Shown here one piece after another: positions 12,101-24,759 of a stretch of DNA of 56,755 bases. How positions within the stretch are numbered: position 1 is the stretch's first letter; each line of letters starts with the position of its first letter. The notes under the pieces are model-generated. The model ran no database searches and was not told where the DNA came from. It worked only from the letters and a program-made list of their open reading frames with translations. This stretch comes from Chiloscyllium plagiosum. Its lineage: Eukaryota. A program made the translations under genes and the position numbers. The DNA is taken from the NCBI RefSeq assembly GCF_004010195.1, contig NC_057758.1:5574985-5631739 (forward strand). Direction: 5' to 3'.

Positions 12101-13300
12101 GTTCTAAACTGCAAAACTGCCTGCCAGAATTCTGTCCTAACCTATTAATTTGCAAACCGTCTATCTTGAATAATTTATGCTTACCACAAAACATATCACA
12201 GTGATCCAAGAATTTAAATCTTTGCTTCCTGCACCAGTTCCCCAGCCACACGTTCAAGTCCATTATCTCCCTGTTTCTGGCCTCACCAGCCCGAGGAACT
12301 GGAAGCAAACCGTAGATAATGACCCTGGACGTCCTGCTTTTCCAAATTATTCCTAGTTCTCCGAAGTCCCGCTGTAATATATTCCTCCTCTTCTTCCCGA
12401 CATCATCTGTGCCAACATGCACCACAACGCCTGGCTCTTCACCTTCGCCTTGAGGATTTCCTGCACTCTGTCTGTGATGTCTTCAATCCTGGCACCAGGA
12501 AGGCAACACCCCATCCTTAAGTTTCCGCCTGCTGCCACAAAACCCCGGTCAGTTCCTCTCACGATGAAGTCCCCTCCCATATTACCATGGCTCTGTGCGA
12601 TGTCCGACTCTTCCACTCTGCCTCCACGCCAGCTTTTGATTGACAGACCTGGCCGCCTCGCCGACTGGCCGTGTCATCTGTCTCTACTGTTTCCAAAAGA
12701 TTCAACTTGTTCCTGACAGGTACATTCCCCCGGGGTCTCTTGCATCCGTTTCCTCTCTGCCTTCCTCATCGTCTGCTCTCTTCTGCTCTCTTCTGATATG
12801 GTCGGTGTAATTATCTCGCTAAAGGTCTTGTCCAGAAAGATCTCGTTCTCTCGGATGAGCCTAAAGTCCTCGAGTTCTTTCATCAGTGCTGCGATATGTT
12901 CTGTCAGCATTGAACGTGCACACACTTTCCATAGATATACGAACCAGACATACAAGAGTCGTTGACCTCCCACATCAAGCACGTAGCACACTGAACTAGC
13001 TTGGCAGTTATGTCTTAACCCTCGTCAACTGTGGCGTAATCACTTCACTCAACCACCTTGTCAAAGACTCCTGAGCTAAAGTCTCACTCTTCAATCCACA
13101 GGAACTTCCTTGGACCCTCTTCGTGGGGCAAGTCTGTGTACTTTTAATTTAAGTTAGAGGAGGAGGGTGGGAGGGTTGCCCTACATTGTAGGACCTGGGG
13201 TCTAGAACACACCGACTCAAATAACATTCACTTACCTCCCCGACCGGATTTGCGCTCCGACTTCACTTCCGCCCAGCTCCCGCCGCGCTCTGCTGCAAAA
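9114..13300 (-). mobile_element. Near full-length CR1/HER1-family LINE (5' UTR, ORF1 SGNH esterase, ORF2 APE+RT), disrupted
   Basis: ORF1 motifs GDFIVRGTDR, VHVGTDD, DGLQIN; ORF2 motifs [45 protein letters not shown]; (TAGACAA)n tail at 9112-9135; candidate 4-bp TSD AGTA at 9110-9113 and 13301-13304. Confidence 0.95.
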
Positions 13301-15338
13301 AGTACTCTGGAGCATACATTATGCTGACTGGTTAATTTCGAGTTGTTGTCAAAACAACCTTTGGCATGTATGACATGTATGTCAAATTTTTCACCACATC
13401 CTAGTGCATTCCTTGACAATAAAAATGTGTTTGCACCTTAACTAAGTCCTCCTCACTCTTTGATAACTTGCTTCTAAAAACTCATGTGCGACAATACGAC
13501 TTCCTGAATTTATGCTGTTGGCAACAGAGCCTGGTGCATCTCTGCCCATTTCCCCTCTGTGTTAACATGCCGTGGTTTTCATTTTCGTCTTAAGATTCTC
13601 TCCGTCAGATAAAACACCTAATACTACAATCTGAATCATTTTCTGTGATGGTTTTACACACACACCACAATAAGTACTGCCACTCCCACCATTGATCCTA
13701 ATACATCGTTCACAACAAGAAATTGCATTGCTGGAACCGACACTCTGCCACTCATTCCCACTGTTAATTCGTCAGTCTTCTTTGGCATTCCAACCTGATC
13801 TTACATAGGGGAACGCTATATTACTGTACATCTATCCAACAAATTACCACTCGCTCAGGTTACAGGTCGGAAAGATTGTACGTGTTCATGTCTTACTAGT
13901 AGAGTCTGAACAGATCCGTTATTACTCAAAATTATATCTCTTTCTCTCCATCCCTGTTCTTATGAATAAACTTTATCCGGAAGTTGCAGTCTTTATGGTG
14001 ATTAGACACTACCTCAAATAATGCATCTGCCTACGCTGTGCACTCTCCTGCAGCTCCTCGATGTCTCTTGGGATTTTCTTCACTATTTTCACTGCTGCTA
14101 CTGGAAAGGCCTCTTCCCCAAATCGTTTCCCAAAGATAAAGTATTTTATGAGAAGCACTGTGACTTTACATATCCCATATTATTACAGTGGAAACACCTC
14201 AAATTTTCAACTCCTTCTCACTGACTTGGGCCTCTTTTTTCTCCTGTGGTAAACTCTTACCAGTGTGTTCTAATGTTTGTTTTGTAGTGGAGGATCTCCA
14301 CTTCTCCCAATTTCTATCTTCGCAGGATGAAATTCTTGCCGAAATCTAACATGTGCGTTATGCAACAATGCATTTACATCTGTCATCTCCGTCTCTCTGC
14401 TAATTTCTTCAACGTTCAGTTCATCCACGTGAATTCTTATCATCTCTGGAACTGAATGGTTTTTAAAAATGTCGAAAAGAATAATCTCTCTTAAATCCTC
14501 ATAACTCTTATATATTTTTAAGATATGCATCGATGTGTGAAAACTAAAATTTTTAATTCTTTCGAACTCAATGTAAATCAGACCTGGTTCCTCCTTTGTG
14601 ATTCTGAACAACTGTCTATTTGTTTCTGGCATCAATTCATAATCACTCAAAGTAGCCTGTTTGACATCTGCATAAAAACTTGATCCCTCATCTGAAAGAG
14701 CTGCAAATACTTCACTAGCTCTGCCGACCAGCTTAGCCTGAATCATCATTACCCACATGTTCTCTGACCACTTCATATGCCTAGTCACGTTTGCAAACGA
14801 ACCAAAGAAGGTTTTGACATCATTCTCATCAAAATGTGGCAATTTAAATATATTTATAGAGATTGTTACCTTCTCTGATCAACTCAATTCTGTTAACGTA
14901 TCTTTCCTGACAATTTCGTAACTTCTGAAGTGCAAATTCTTTCTCCCACTCTCTCTCCTCCTTCTCTCTCTTTGCTCGACGAAGAACCATCTCTCTTTGT
15001 TTTTCCTCTCCCTCTATTCTCTCTTGCTGTTCTCTCTCTTTCTATCGATCATTTCCTTCCCCATCTCCCTATCTCTCTGTTTCTTTATCTTCTAAGTTCA
15101 TTTGCCTCAGTTACATCTTAATCTTTTCTAAAACAACTGCACTTGCCTGTTTCCCAGATACACTTAAGTGTTTGACTAATTCAATTACGTATTCAGCTTT
15201 CATTTTGTTCCTGGATAGACTCAATTCTAATCTATGTTCGAATTCCATAAATATGGCCGCCTTCTGTCTTAGTAAACTTTCTTGGTAAACTTGAAATCAC
15301 CTTCAAACCTGAGAATCCCTTCGGCAATGTTCAAACTC
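13301..15338 (-). mobile_element. Gmr1-like Ty3/Gypsy internal region: gag (SCAN, CCHC), protease, integrase Zn-binding domain; internally deleted
   Basis: ORF 14270-14842 'PHFDENDVKTFFGSF...ETNRQLFRITKEEPG...YEDLREIILFDIFK' (SCAN-like); 13360-13620 'KWAEMHQALLP...FYCQGMH*DVVK...TCHTCQ' (integrase Zn-binding), joined directly to LTR sequence. Confidence 0.85.
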
Positions 15339-17880
15339 GGAGGTAAGCTTGCTCACTATCCCATGTTTTGGTGCTTGTCTCCAGACGAGGTAACATCTTC
15401 AGTGTGCCTCCGGACAAAACAATCTTGATGATTTCTGCATTTTATTTAAATGTTTGTGTTCCTTTGTGTTGGTGATGTCATTTCCTGTGGTGATGTCATT
15501 TCATGTTGTGATGTCCTTTTTCTCAGAGTGGTAAATGGGCTCCAAAGCAATGCGTTTGTTGAGAGAGATCCGGTTGAAATTCCATGCTTCTCGTAATTTT
15601 CGTGCGTGTCTCTGTTTGGGCTTGCCTTAGGATGGATGAGTTGCCCCAGTTAATGTGGTGTACTTCCTCATCTGTATGTAAGGATACAAGTGAAGAGGGT
15701 CATGTCGTTTTCTGGCTCGTTGATGTCCATGAATCGTGGTGGTCAGTTTTCTCCCTGCTTGTACAATGTAGTGCTTGTTACAGTCGTTGCACGGTATTTT
15801 GCAAAGGACCTTAGTTTTGTTTGTTGTTTGTATAGGGTCTTTGAAGTTTATTAGCTATTGTTTTAGTGTATTGGTGGGTATGTGGGCTGACAGGACGCCA
15901 AGGCGTCTGAGAAGTCTCGAAGTCATTTCCGACATGTCTTTCTTGAAGGGGAGCGAGTCTACGGTTACTGGACGTATTTGGCCTACTTGTTTGCGTTTGT
16001 TGCTGAGAAGTCTGTGGATCGTGTTCATTGGGTACCTCTTCTTTTTGAATACACTGTATAGGTAATTTCCCTCTGCTCTGCGTAGTTGCTCTGTGCTGCA
16101 GGGTGTGGTGGCTCGTTGGAATGATGTTCTGATGCAGCTTCTTTTATGGATGTTGAGGTGATTGCTTCTGTGTTCAATATTTGTTCCAAATGTGTTGTTT
16201 TCCTGTCGATGTGGTTTGAAGTTCCCCATTGGCTTTTCACTCTATTAGCGCATATTGGAAAGGCAGTTTGGTGTTGTTTCCCTCGTCAATAGTGGATTAT
16301 ATGCCAGTAAGAGTAACATTGATTATCTTGAAGGTTTCCTCTAATTGGTTTCGTTTCGTGATGGCAAAGGTGTCATTCCCTGGCGGACCCTAAGCTTGAG
16401 TTGGATGGGAGAAAGAGCAATTTGTTCGACTCTCTGCATCACTGTCCCTGCTAAGAACCCTGATGTCGGATGTCCCATGGGTGTTCCGTTGGTTTGTCTG
16501 AAGTTTCTGTTGTTGAAGGTGAAGTCGGTGGTTAGGCACAGGTCCACTCGCTTACCGATACTGTCCTTGCTGTTGAAGTTGGTGGCGTTTCGTGTATGTG
16601 TCTGGGGTCTTCTCATGGTTCAGGCAGCAGTTCCTTGGCCAGGTTGATGTTGAGCGATGTGAACAGGGCAATGACATCAAAGCAGACCATTATTTCATTC
16701 TCTTCCATGTTTTTGTCTTTGGCTGTCTTCAAGAATTCTTGGGTGGAGTGGATGGATTGGTGTGAGTCTTCTACTAAGTCTTTTAGTCTTTGGTGTAGCT
16801 CCTTGGCCAATCTGTAAATTGTGTTCCAGGTCTGATGGGGGTTCCTGGTTTGTGAATTTTGGGTAATCTATAGAAGCATGTCGTGCTGGATCCTTTGGTT
16901 TCATTTTATTTAAGTCGGTCATATTTATTTCTCCAGATTTCTGAAGCTTTTTTGAGTAAGGATGTTAATCTGTTCGCTAATTGTGGGGTCGGGTCTATTG
17001 ACACTTGTTGGTTAGTGTTGATATCTGCAGGTAGGGTGCACATCGGATAAAATCGCACATTAGAATAATAATGTTTTTACCTTGTTTAGTCTATCTAGTT
17101 CCTTCTTTTTTTTATGTATTGAGTGTGTTACCTTGTTTTTTTTCCCCACTTAATGTTGGTCCGACTACCTATCTGATAATTTGCTGGGTTTCTTCTGTGA
17201 GTTGGTTGCCTTTCAGTGTTGTTTCTAATGTTGCAAATGAATCTTTCTTGTCCGAATCCAGGAAGTTGTAATTTAATTCTCACATTAAGATGGCCTTTTC
17301 AGTGCTTGTTAAGAATTTGTTTATCCATGCTTCTATGTTGTCAGTGTTGTTCATTTTGTGAACGCTTGTCCAGTTTTATTTTGCAGGTCTTTTTTGTCAT
17401 TTTCGGTGTTTGTCGCTATCTAATAACTATGACTTTTTGCTCTGTGTCTGTCCATTCATGGTCTGTTGCACGAGTGAGTAAACGTTTTGGTGCAACATTT
17501 CGCCGTTGTATTTCTGGAGTCTGTTGTGGGCATCATTACTCCTTTATCTAAGCATTCTGCAATAGTTTTGCTCTGCTATTCTTTCAGGTCGAGGGATGTT
17601 ATGGGGATGTCTGCATTTAAGACGTTTAAGCAGTGCCTGTTATCTTAGGCATTCGTGCAGCAATAACAACTGTTCGCAGGTGGCACTCTGCCAGATGGCT
17701 TTCGTTTCCCATTTTCGGTCCAGTTTTAGCATATTGCGCCCACAGATGACAGCGAAGTTTAAGAAGATTTGTAGCTCAGGTTGAGGGTGACGAAACGTCT
17801 GAAGCTGAACCTGTCCAGCTCAGCGAGCAAACCTATATCCGGAACTTCAACCTGAGCTAGAAATCTTCTCAAAACTCGTT
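15339..17880 (-). mobile_element. Penelope-like element (RT + GIY-YIG), disrupted
   Basis: RT motifs 'MVCFDVIALFTS' and 'FRQTNGTPMGHPTSGFLA'; inverted terminal segment at 17760-17880; mirror of 24760-27309. Confidence 0.9.
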
Positions 17881-18086
17881 GATTTTAGGGCCCATTCCGC
17901 TAACTTTTCACTTAACCAAGCTCAAGTCACCGAAATTAACAAATAATTCACCTACGTTTTATTTAAATATCTAGAACACTAATCGACAATTGTTTAAATC
18001 TGCTGGGAGTATTCGTTTCCGAATATCTTCAGATCTGTCCAAACCTCAAGCTATATCTGTCAATACCTGCCCATGGCCCCAATTTT

Positions 18087-18703
18087 TTATGACATGGTGA
18101 GGAACACGTTTGTTAAATAAACAATTCGCCCAGAAGTAATCACTTCCGCATGTAATCTGTTAAAATTTGAGTGACATACAACCCCAAATTCCACCATTAA
18201 AAAAAAGAATGTATTATTTTACTCTAAAAGTAAACAGGAACACAACAACTATGCACAACTCTAATCACACCCATCAACTCTCACTTGGTTGTTGTTTGCT
18301 TCCAAACCTATAAAAATATACTGTTCCAGTAAAACACTGTCAAAAACTAACAGCAATCTTTTACAGAGCCATACAGAGTGTGGTCATTGCTGTCTTTCTT
18401 TCTTTGGCAAGAAGTTCTCCATGGGTCGTCTTCTCTCTTTTCCTGTGAATATGTTTCATATGGAAAGGTACCTTTGATAACGAGTATTCCATATGGCAAT
18501 TGCTCTGCCTAACCTTCAAATTGCTTGTCTTTTTTATCCCCCAAAACTGGATCGTCTCATTGCTTCAATGCTGGCAAAACAATACATGCAAACTCGATTG
18601 AGTTTTACTATCCGGGTGCATAATGTAACGTGAACGGTTAAATGTGTACTGTTGTCAAAAATAGCAACCAACTCAAGTGTTTATTTCACAGCCAAATGTT
18701 ACA
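18087..18703 (-). repeat. 5' LTR of the Gmr1-like element (left copy)
   Basis: Starts TGTAAC on the minus strand at 18703, ends ...gtcataa followed by a TGGGG.. PBS-like sequence; homologous to 8597-9113. Confidence 0.7.
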
Positions 18704-19374
18704 TATTTTCAATTTTCCGGTACAAACTGGGACTGATAGTTAATTGCATGACAGGTGCTTGGAAGCTCTCAGTACAAAACACCGTCCACTATCTAAAAGT
18801 CACAGTACCCACCGTCAACTTCATATCAATACTCAGTGACCTAGCCTCCAATGTCTTCGATGGCAATGAATTCCATTGACTCAGTACTCTCTGGCTGAAG
18901 AAGTTTCTCCATATTTCCGTTGCCTTCAGCTCAAATTTCCTCCCCGATATCCCATGATTCAACAATTTCCACTCCTTCCCATGCCCTGATTTGACCAAGT
19001 TCACCATTTGTGGCACGCCTTCAGCAGCCAGGGACGACATCTGTAAATATCCCAGCATCACACTATCTATCGCCCTCTCCTCTTTGAAAGCTGACACGAC
19101 TCGTGCCACTTCAGGAGACCATTTGGTCTCTTGCTCCTAATATCTGTTCCATTGACACGCTATAAAATCATCTTTCATATATTAACACAACAAACCATTT
19201 GAGACATACTAACTTAATCATCAACGATTCGATTTGTGCTAATCCCTTTTTATCCACTCACGTCTCATATGACTTGGGCCGTGCACACTAGGAGAATTGT
19301 CTACCCTTCTTCGCTTTCCCCACGTTTGATCGTCTCAAGGGGAACATTGTGCACTTCTGTGGTTTCATTCTACC

Positions 19375-19835
19375 TAGGGCAGACCACACTAGGAGCAGTG
19401 TGCAATCCTCAGGTCCCAATCTACATTCGACAGACCAAACTTGGAGCCCTGTGTAATCATCACGCACCAATCTATATTGAGCAAACCACACTGTGAGCAC
19501 GATGTAATGCTGAGGTCCCTACCTACTTTGAGCAGGCCACACTGGGAGACGTTTGTAAACCCTACATCCAGTCTATATCGGACTGACCACAATGGGAGCA
19601 CTGTGCAATCCTCAGTTCCAAACTACATTTCGTAGAGCACACTGGGAGCAGTGCATGATTCTTCGGTCCCTATCTACCTTGGACAGTTCACACTGGGAGC
19701 ACTGTGTCATCCTCAACTCCCAATCGACATTGAGCAGGCCACACTGTGCCATCGTCATGCACCAATGTAGATAGAGTAAACACACTATGAGCACTGTGTA
19801 ATCCTGAGGTCCAAACCTACTTTGAGCAGACCACC
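19375..19835. repeat. Degenerate ~51-bp minisatellite (LINE-derived)
   Basis: About nine units ~'agaccacactgggagcactgtgtaatcctcaggtcccaatctacattgagc'. Confidence 0.8.
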
Positions 19836-20377
19836 TTTTATTGCTGCTTTTATTGCAAAATGTTGTTTTTGGTAATAGGATAACTGGATTTCAGGAGTTT
19901 GCTGGTCATACATCATCCAGGTTATTTTCATTGTCACCCATTCTCTTTCTCCGATATTCCTGACAGATAAAGGCAACATGACCAAGGTTGACATTGTGAA
20001 TTTTTTATTAAAGCCGCATATCATATTTAAGTTGCAACGCAAGCGCCTCAGAGGCAAAAACAACATTCTTTTTTTCCCTCAGAATGGAAGTGAACACCGC
20101 TGACGAAAAGTAATTCGTCTCAAAACACTACTTATATATATCTCTGCCTATCCAGAAGGAACGCTTTAGTTACTCTAACACTTTCTGTTTCAATGACTAA
20201 ATAATTAATATCAGTTCTATTTTTTATCTGAATTGTTTGTGATGTCCGTTTGAGTTGCAGTTATTTCACATCAAACAGACATTTTAATAGCACTATGCTA
20301 AAAGACTCATTTAATGCATTTTGATATCATTTTTTACACAACTTACGCAGAGAAAACGCAAAATAATATTCAACCAT

Positions 20378-20478
20378 TCTGAAGACGGGCCACTTTTCTT
20401 TAAAACGTTCTAGCTGTTTTATCTCCTCGCTAAATTGCTGGACTTGTTGATTTTGTCCACTATTTCATTATTTTATAA
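20378..20478 (+). mobile_element. Decayed Penelope-derived short terminal fragment (a similar, weaker one at ~20100-20190)
   Basis: 'tctgaagacgggccacttttctttaaaacgttc...ctggacttgttgattttgtccac' resembles CTGAnGA...GAAAC-containing Penelope ends. Confidence 0.35.
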
Positions 20479-21094
20479 TGTCACTGAAGATGTCGCTATA
20501 CCAATCAAAGTACGCGTGAGACTGCAGTTTGAGTGCATACGATATTCCAAGTGTAAGAAATATCCAATAAACAAGTGAGGTGGAACATCGATTGACTGAG
20601 TGTGCATTGTTTCCTAAAGACGCCTTTAATCATGTAAAAAGTGTCCTGTCAATTATTGTCATTGATACGCTCTCTCCTATATTGTGCCCACACCTTGCAA
20701 TATTCTTACGCAGTACCCGAGTGAATTGTCAAGACATGTGGATATACCTTACAGAAGTTTATGATTCAACGAGACGGGATTGATGGTTTCATGTAGACGT
20801 TCTAGATCTCAATGGCTGCAATGGAATCCTCTATTTTTCAGTGGATTCATTAACATCAGGTTGTCTGAAGCCTCTGACTGCATTGTGTGCCGTGTTTACT
20901 GAACGAGGCGGTCTTCATTCAGTAAGTAATTGGGAAAACAGAAAACAATACCCACAGCAAAGGTGCTCTGATAAGTCGAAGAAATGTGAATGGAGAAATG
21001 AATCATGTTTTCTGATGGAGAAAGACGTTAAAGTACCACATTGTTGGTTAAACCATTTCTCGAACCATTTCAGAATTCATTTTGTTGACCTCTA

Positions 21095-21792
21095 TCAAAC
21101 ATATGTTCGAATTAATGCACACAAAGATTTTGCCATATTTTTCAACTCTGCTCTGAAGTTGCTCTGTGTCACTGCATAAACGCAAGGATTTAGAAAGCAA
21201 ACAAAGTACGTCAAGATACCTCCCACTTCAGTGGCGATCAATTCAGAGTTTGTGAACTTGCCTCTATACGAAACGGTGCGTGTTATTTTGTTAAGAGCTA
21301 AACTCAANNNNNNNNNNNNNNNNNNNNNNNNNNNNNNNNNNNNNNNNNNNNNNNNNNNNNNNNNNNNNNNNNNNNNNNNNNNNNNNNNNNNNNNNNNNNN
21401 NNNNNNNNNNNNNNNNNNNNNNNNNNNNNNNNNNNNNNNNNNNNNNNNNNNNNNNNNNNNNNNNNNNNNNNNNNNNNNNNNNNNNNNNNNNNNNNNNNNN
21501 NNNNNNNNNNNNNNNNNNNNNNNNNNNNNNNNNNNNNNNNNNNNNNNNNNNNNNNNNNNNNNNNNNNNNNNNNNNNNNNNNNNNNNNNNNNNNNNNNNNN
21601 NNNNNNNNNNNNNNNNNNNNNNNNNNNNNNNNNNNNNNNNNNNNNNNNNNNNNNNNNNNNNNNNNNNNNNNNNNNNNNNNNNNNNNNNNNNNNNNNNNNN
21701 NNNNNNNNNNNNNNNATGGTCAACATGTAAACAGTGATACACTTGGAAAGACCACATTTTCTTTGTGAGAATCCAAATTGTGGCCATGTTCT
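21095..21792 (-). pseudogene. GPR139/GPR142-like class A GPCR, main coding exon (middle in gap; apparent frameshift)
   Basis: Acceptor ttccttcacatag then 'NMATIWILTK/CGLSKCITVYMLT' (TM1-TM2); after the gap 'IATEVGGILTYFVCFLNPCVYAVTQSNFRAELKNMAK...*' (TM7 NPxxY and helix 8). Confidence 0.85.
21307..21715. other. Assembly gap (N run)
   Basis: Run of N. Confidence 1.
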
Positions 21793-22343
21793 CTATGTGA
21801 AGGAAACAACAGTGAATAGCCCAACAATGCCTGATTTACGCCAATTCGCTATTATTAAAACTTAGCAGGACGGAAATTGGTATGTTGACTCAAAATCCGA
21901 ATATGCAGAAGGAGAGATGGCCGGATTTAACACTGAGAGAGTATATTGACTCATCAGGCTGTCTTGTGGGACGGTGGCAGTGCCCGTTCCCCCGGGCACT
22001 GAGTGTTTGAGATATAGGGCGACTCACCACCTCTGATAGTTGCTCAGGGCCTAAAAGTGTAGAATCAGTCTTATGAGTGAGAAACATTGGGTCATGTCCT
22101 GCCTACTTCAGACGTTTCTAAAAATATCTTTGAACAAGTTGAAGAGGAAAAAACGGTTAAACATATCAACTTAACAGGAATAGATACTGCTGCAAGTGGA
22201 AGATTATAAAACTCTTTCACGAGCAGAATTGCAGGCTTCCCCATTTTGTGTGAGAGTGAATGATTACTGGAGACAGTGTAGTACTCTGTGTAGCCACAGC
22301 CGTGGCAATCGAAGGGAATCTATTTATGCATGCATCATTTCTC

Positions 22344-22843
22344 NNNNNNNNNNNNNNNNNNNNNNNNNNNNNNNNNNNNNNNNNNNNNNNNNNNNNNNNN
22401 NNNNNNNNNNNNNNNNNNNNNNNNNNNNNNNNNNNNNNNNNNNNNNNNNNNNNNNNNNNNNNNNNNNNNNNNNNNNNNNNNNNNNNNNNNNNNNNNNNNN
22501 NNNNNNNNNNNNNNNNNNNNNNNNNNNNNNNNNNNNNNNNNNNNNNNNNNNNNNNNNNNNNNNNNNNNNNNNNNNNNNNNNNNNNNNNNNNNNNNNNNNN
22601 NNNNNNNNNNNNNNNNNNNNNNNNNNNNNNNNNNNNNNNNNNNNNNNNNNNNNNNNNNNNNNNNNNNNNNNNNNNNNNNNNNNNNNNNNNNNNNNNNNNN
22701 NNNNNNNNNNNNNNNNNNNNNNNNNNNNNNNNNNNNNNNNNNNNNNNNNNNNNNNNNNNNNNNNNNNNNNNNNNNNNNNNNNNNNNNNNNNNNNNNNNNN
22801 NNNNNNNNNNNNNNNNNNNNNNNNNNNNNNNNNNNNNNNNNNN
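22344..22843. other. Assembly gap (N run)
   Basis: Run of N. Confidence 1.
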
Positions 22844-23295
22844 GCTCACAATGTGTTTACGCTATCTACATTGGTGTATGACGATGGCACAGTGTGGCCT
22901 GCTCAATGGAGATTAGGAATTGAGGATTACACAGTGCTCCCAGTGTGAACTGTCCAAGGTAGATAGGGACCGAAGAATCATACACTGCTCCCAGTGTGCT
23001 CTACTAAATGTAGTTTGGAACTGAGGATTACAAAGTGCTCACATTGTGGTCAGTCCGATATAGACTGGGATGTAAGGTTTGCAAACGTCTCCCAGTGTGG
23101 CCTGCTCAAAGTAGGTAGGGACCTCAGCATTACATAGTGCTCACAGTGTGGTTTGCTCAATATAGCTTAGTGCGTGATGATTACACAGGGCTCCAAGTTT
23201 GGTCTCTCCAATGTAGATTGGGACCTGAGGATTGCACACTGCTGCTAGTGTGGTCTGCCCAAGGTAGAATGAAACCACAGTAGTGCACAATGTTC
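22844..23295. repeat. ~51-bp minisatellite, inverted copy of 19375-19792
   Basis: Units ~'gctcaatgtagattgggacctgaggattacacagtgctcccagtgtggtct'. Confidence 0.8.
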
Positions 23296-23934
23296 CCCTT
23301 GAGACTATCAAAGGTGGGGAAAGCGAAGAAGGGTAGACAATTCTCCTGGTGTGCATGGCCCAAGTCATATGAGACGTGAGTGGATAAAAAAGGATTAGCA
23401 CAAATCAAATCGTTGATGATTAAGTTAGTATGTCTCAAATGGTTTGTTGTGGTAATATATGAAAGATGATTTTATCGCGTATCAATGGAACAGAGATTAG
23501 GAGCAAGAGACCAAATGCTCTCCTGAAGTGGCACGAATCTTGTCAGCTTTCAAAGAGGAGAGGGCGATAGATAGTGTGATGCTGGGATATTTACAGATGT
23601 CGTCCCTGGCTGCTGAAGGAGTGCCACAAGTGGTGAACTGGGTCAAATCTGGGCATGGGCAGGAGTGGAAATTGTTGAATCATGGGTATATCAGGGAGGA
23701 TATTTGAGCTGAAGGCAATGGAGATATGGAGAAACTTCTTCAGCCAGAGAGTACTGAGTCAATGGAATTCATTGCCACCTAAGATATTGGAGGCCAGGTC
23801 ACTGAGTATTGATATGAAGTTGACGGTGGGTACGGTGACTTTCAGAAAGTGGACGGTGTTTTGTACTGAGCGCTTACAAGCACCTGTCATGCAATTAACT
23901 ATCAGTCCCAGTTTGTACCGGAAAATTGAAAATA

Positions 23935-24552
23935 TGTAACATTTGGCTATGAAATAAACACTTGAGTTGGTTGCTATTTTGACAACAGTACACATTTAAC
24001 CGTTCACGTTAAATTATGCACCCGGATAGTAAAACTCAATCGAGTTTGCGTGTATTGTTTTGCCGACATTGAAGCAATGAGACGATCCAGTTTTGGGGGA
24101 TAAAAAAGACAAGCAATTTGAAGGTTAGGTACAGCAATTGCCATATGGAATACTCGTTATCAAAGGTACCTTTCCATATGAAACATATTCACAGGAAAAG
24201 AGAGAAGACGACCCAAGGCGAACTTCTTGCCAAAGGAAGAAAGACAGCAAAGACCACACTCTGTATGGCTCTGTAAAAGATTGCTGTAAGTTTTTGTCAG
24301 TGTTTTACTGCAACAGTATATTATTATAGGTTTGAAAGCAAACAACAAACATGTGAGAGGTGATGGGTGTGATTAGAGTTGTGCATAGTTGTTGTGTTCC
24401 TGTTTACTTTTAGAGTAAAAGAATACATTCTTTTTTTAATGATGGAATTTGGGAGTTCTATGTCACTGAAATTTTAACAGATTGCATGGGGAAGTGATTA
24501 CTTCCGGGCGAATTGTTTATTTAACAAACGTGTTCACCACCATGTCATAAAA
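23935..24552 (+). repeat. 5' LTR of the Gmr1-like element (right copy)
   Basis: TGTAAC start, gtcataa end, followed by a PBS-like site; mirror of 18087-18703. Confidence 0.7.
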
Positions 24553-24555
24553 ATT

Positions 24556-24573
24556 TGGGGGCATGGGCAGGTA
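24556..24573 (+). promoter_or_regulatory. Degenerate primer binding site (tRNA-Pro-like)
   Basis: TGGGGGCATGGGCAGGTA just after the LTR; about 11 of 18 matches to TGGGGGCTCGTCCGGGAT. Confidence 0.4.
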
Positions 24574-24759
24574 TTGACAGATATAGCCTGAGGTTTGGAC
24601 AAGATCTGAAGATATTGGGAAACGAATACTCACAGCAGATTTAAACAACTGTCGATTAGTGTTCTAGATATTTAAATAAAACGTAGGTGAATTATTTATT
24701 AATTTCGGTGACTGGTGCATGGTTAAGTGAAAAGATAGCGAAATGGGTCCTAAGATCAA

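Larger units (their letters stand above)
13620..19792. repeat. Left arm of a large inverted segmental duplication
   Basis: Reverse complement of 22844-29350; paired ORFs nearly identical (17596-17784 vs 24854-25042 differ at 6 of 62 aa). Confidence 0.95.

Noticed and set aside
13225..13240. Consensus splice donor (GAG/GTAAGT, minus strand) in the CR1 5' UTR
   Set aside because: Short motif with no evidence of use or of a paired acceptor.
19375..23295. CRISPR-like appearance of the ~51-bp arrays (also 6165-6910 and 38705-39709)
   Set aside because: Units are degenerate over their whole length, with no constant repeat and unique spacers; vertebrate context and no cas genes.
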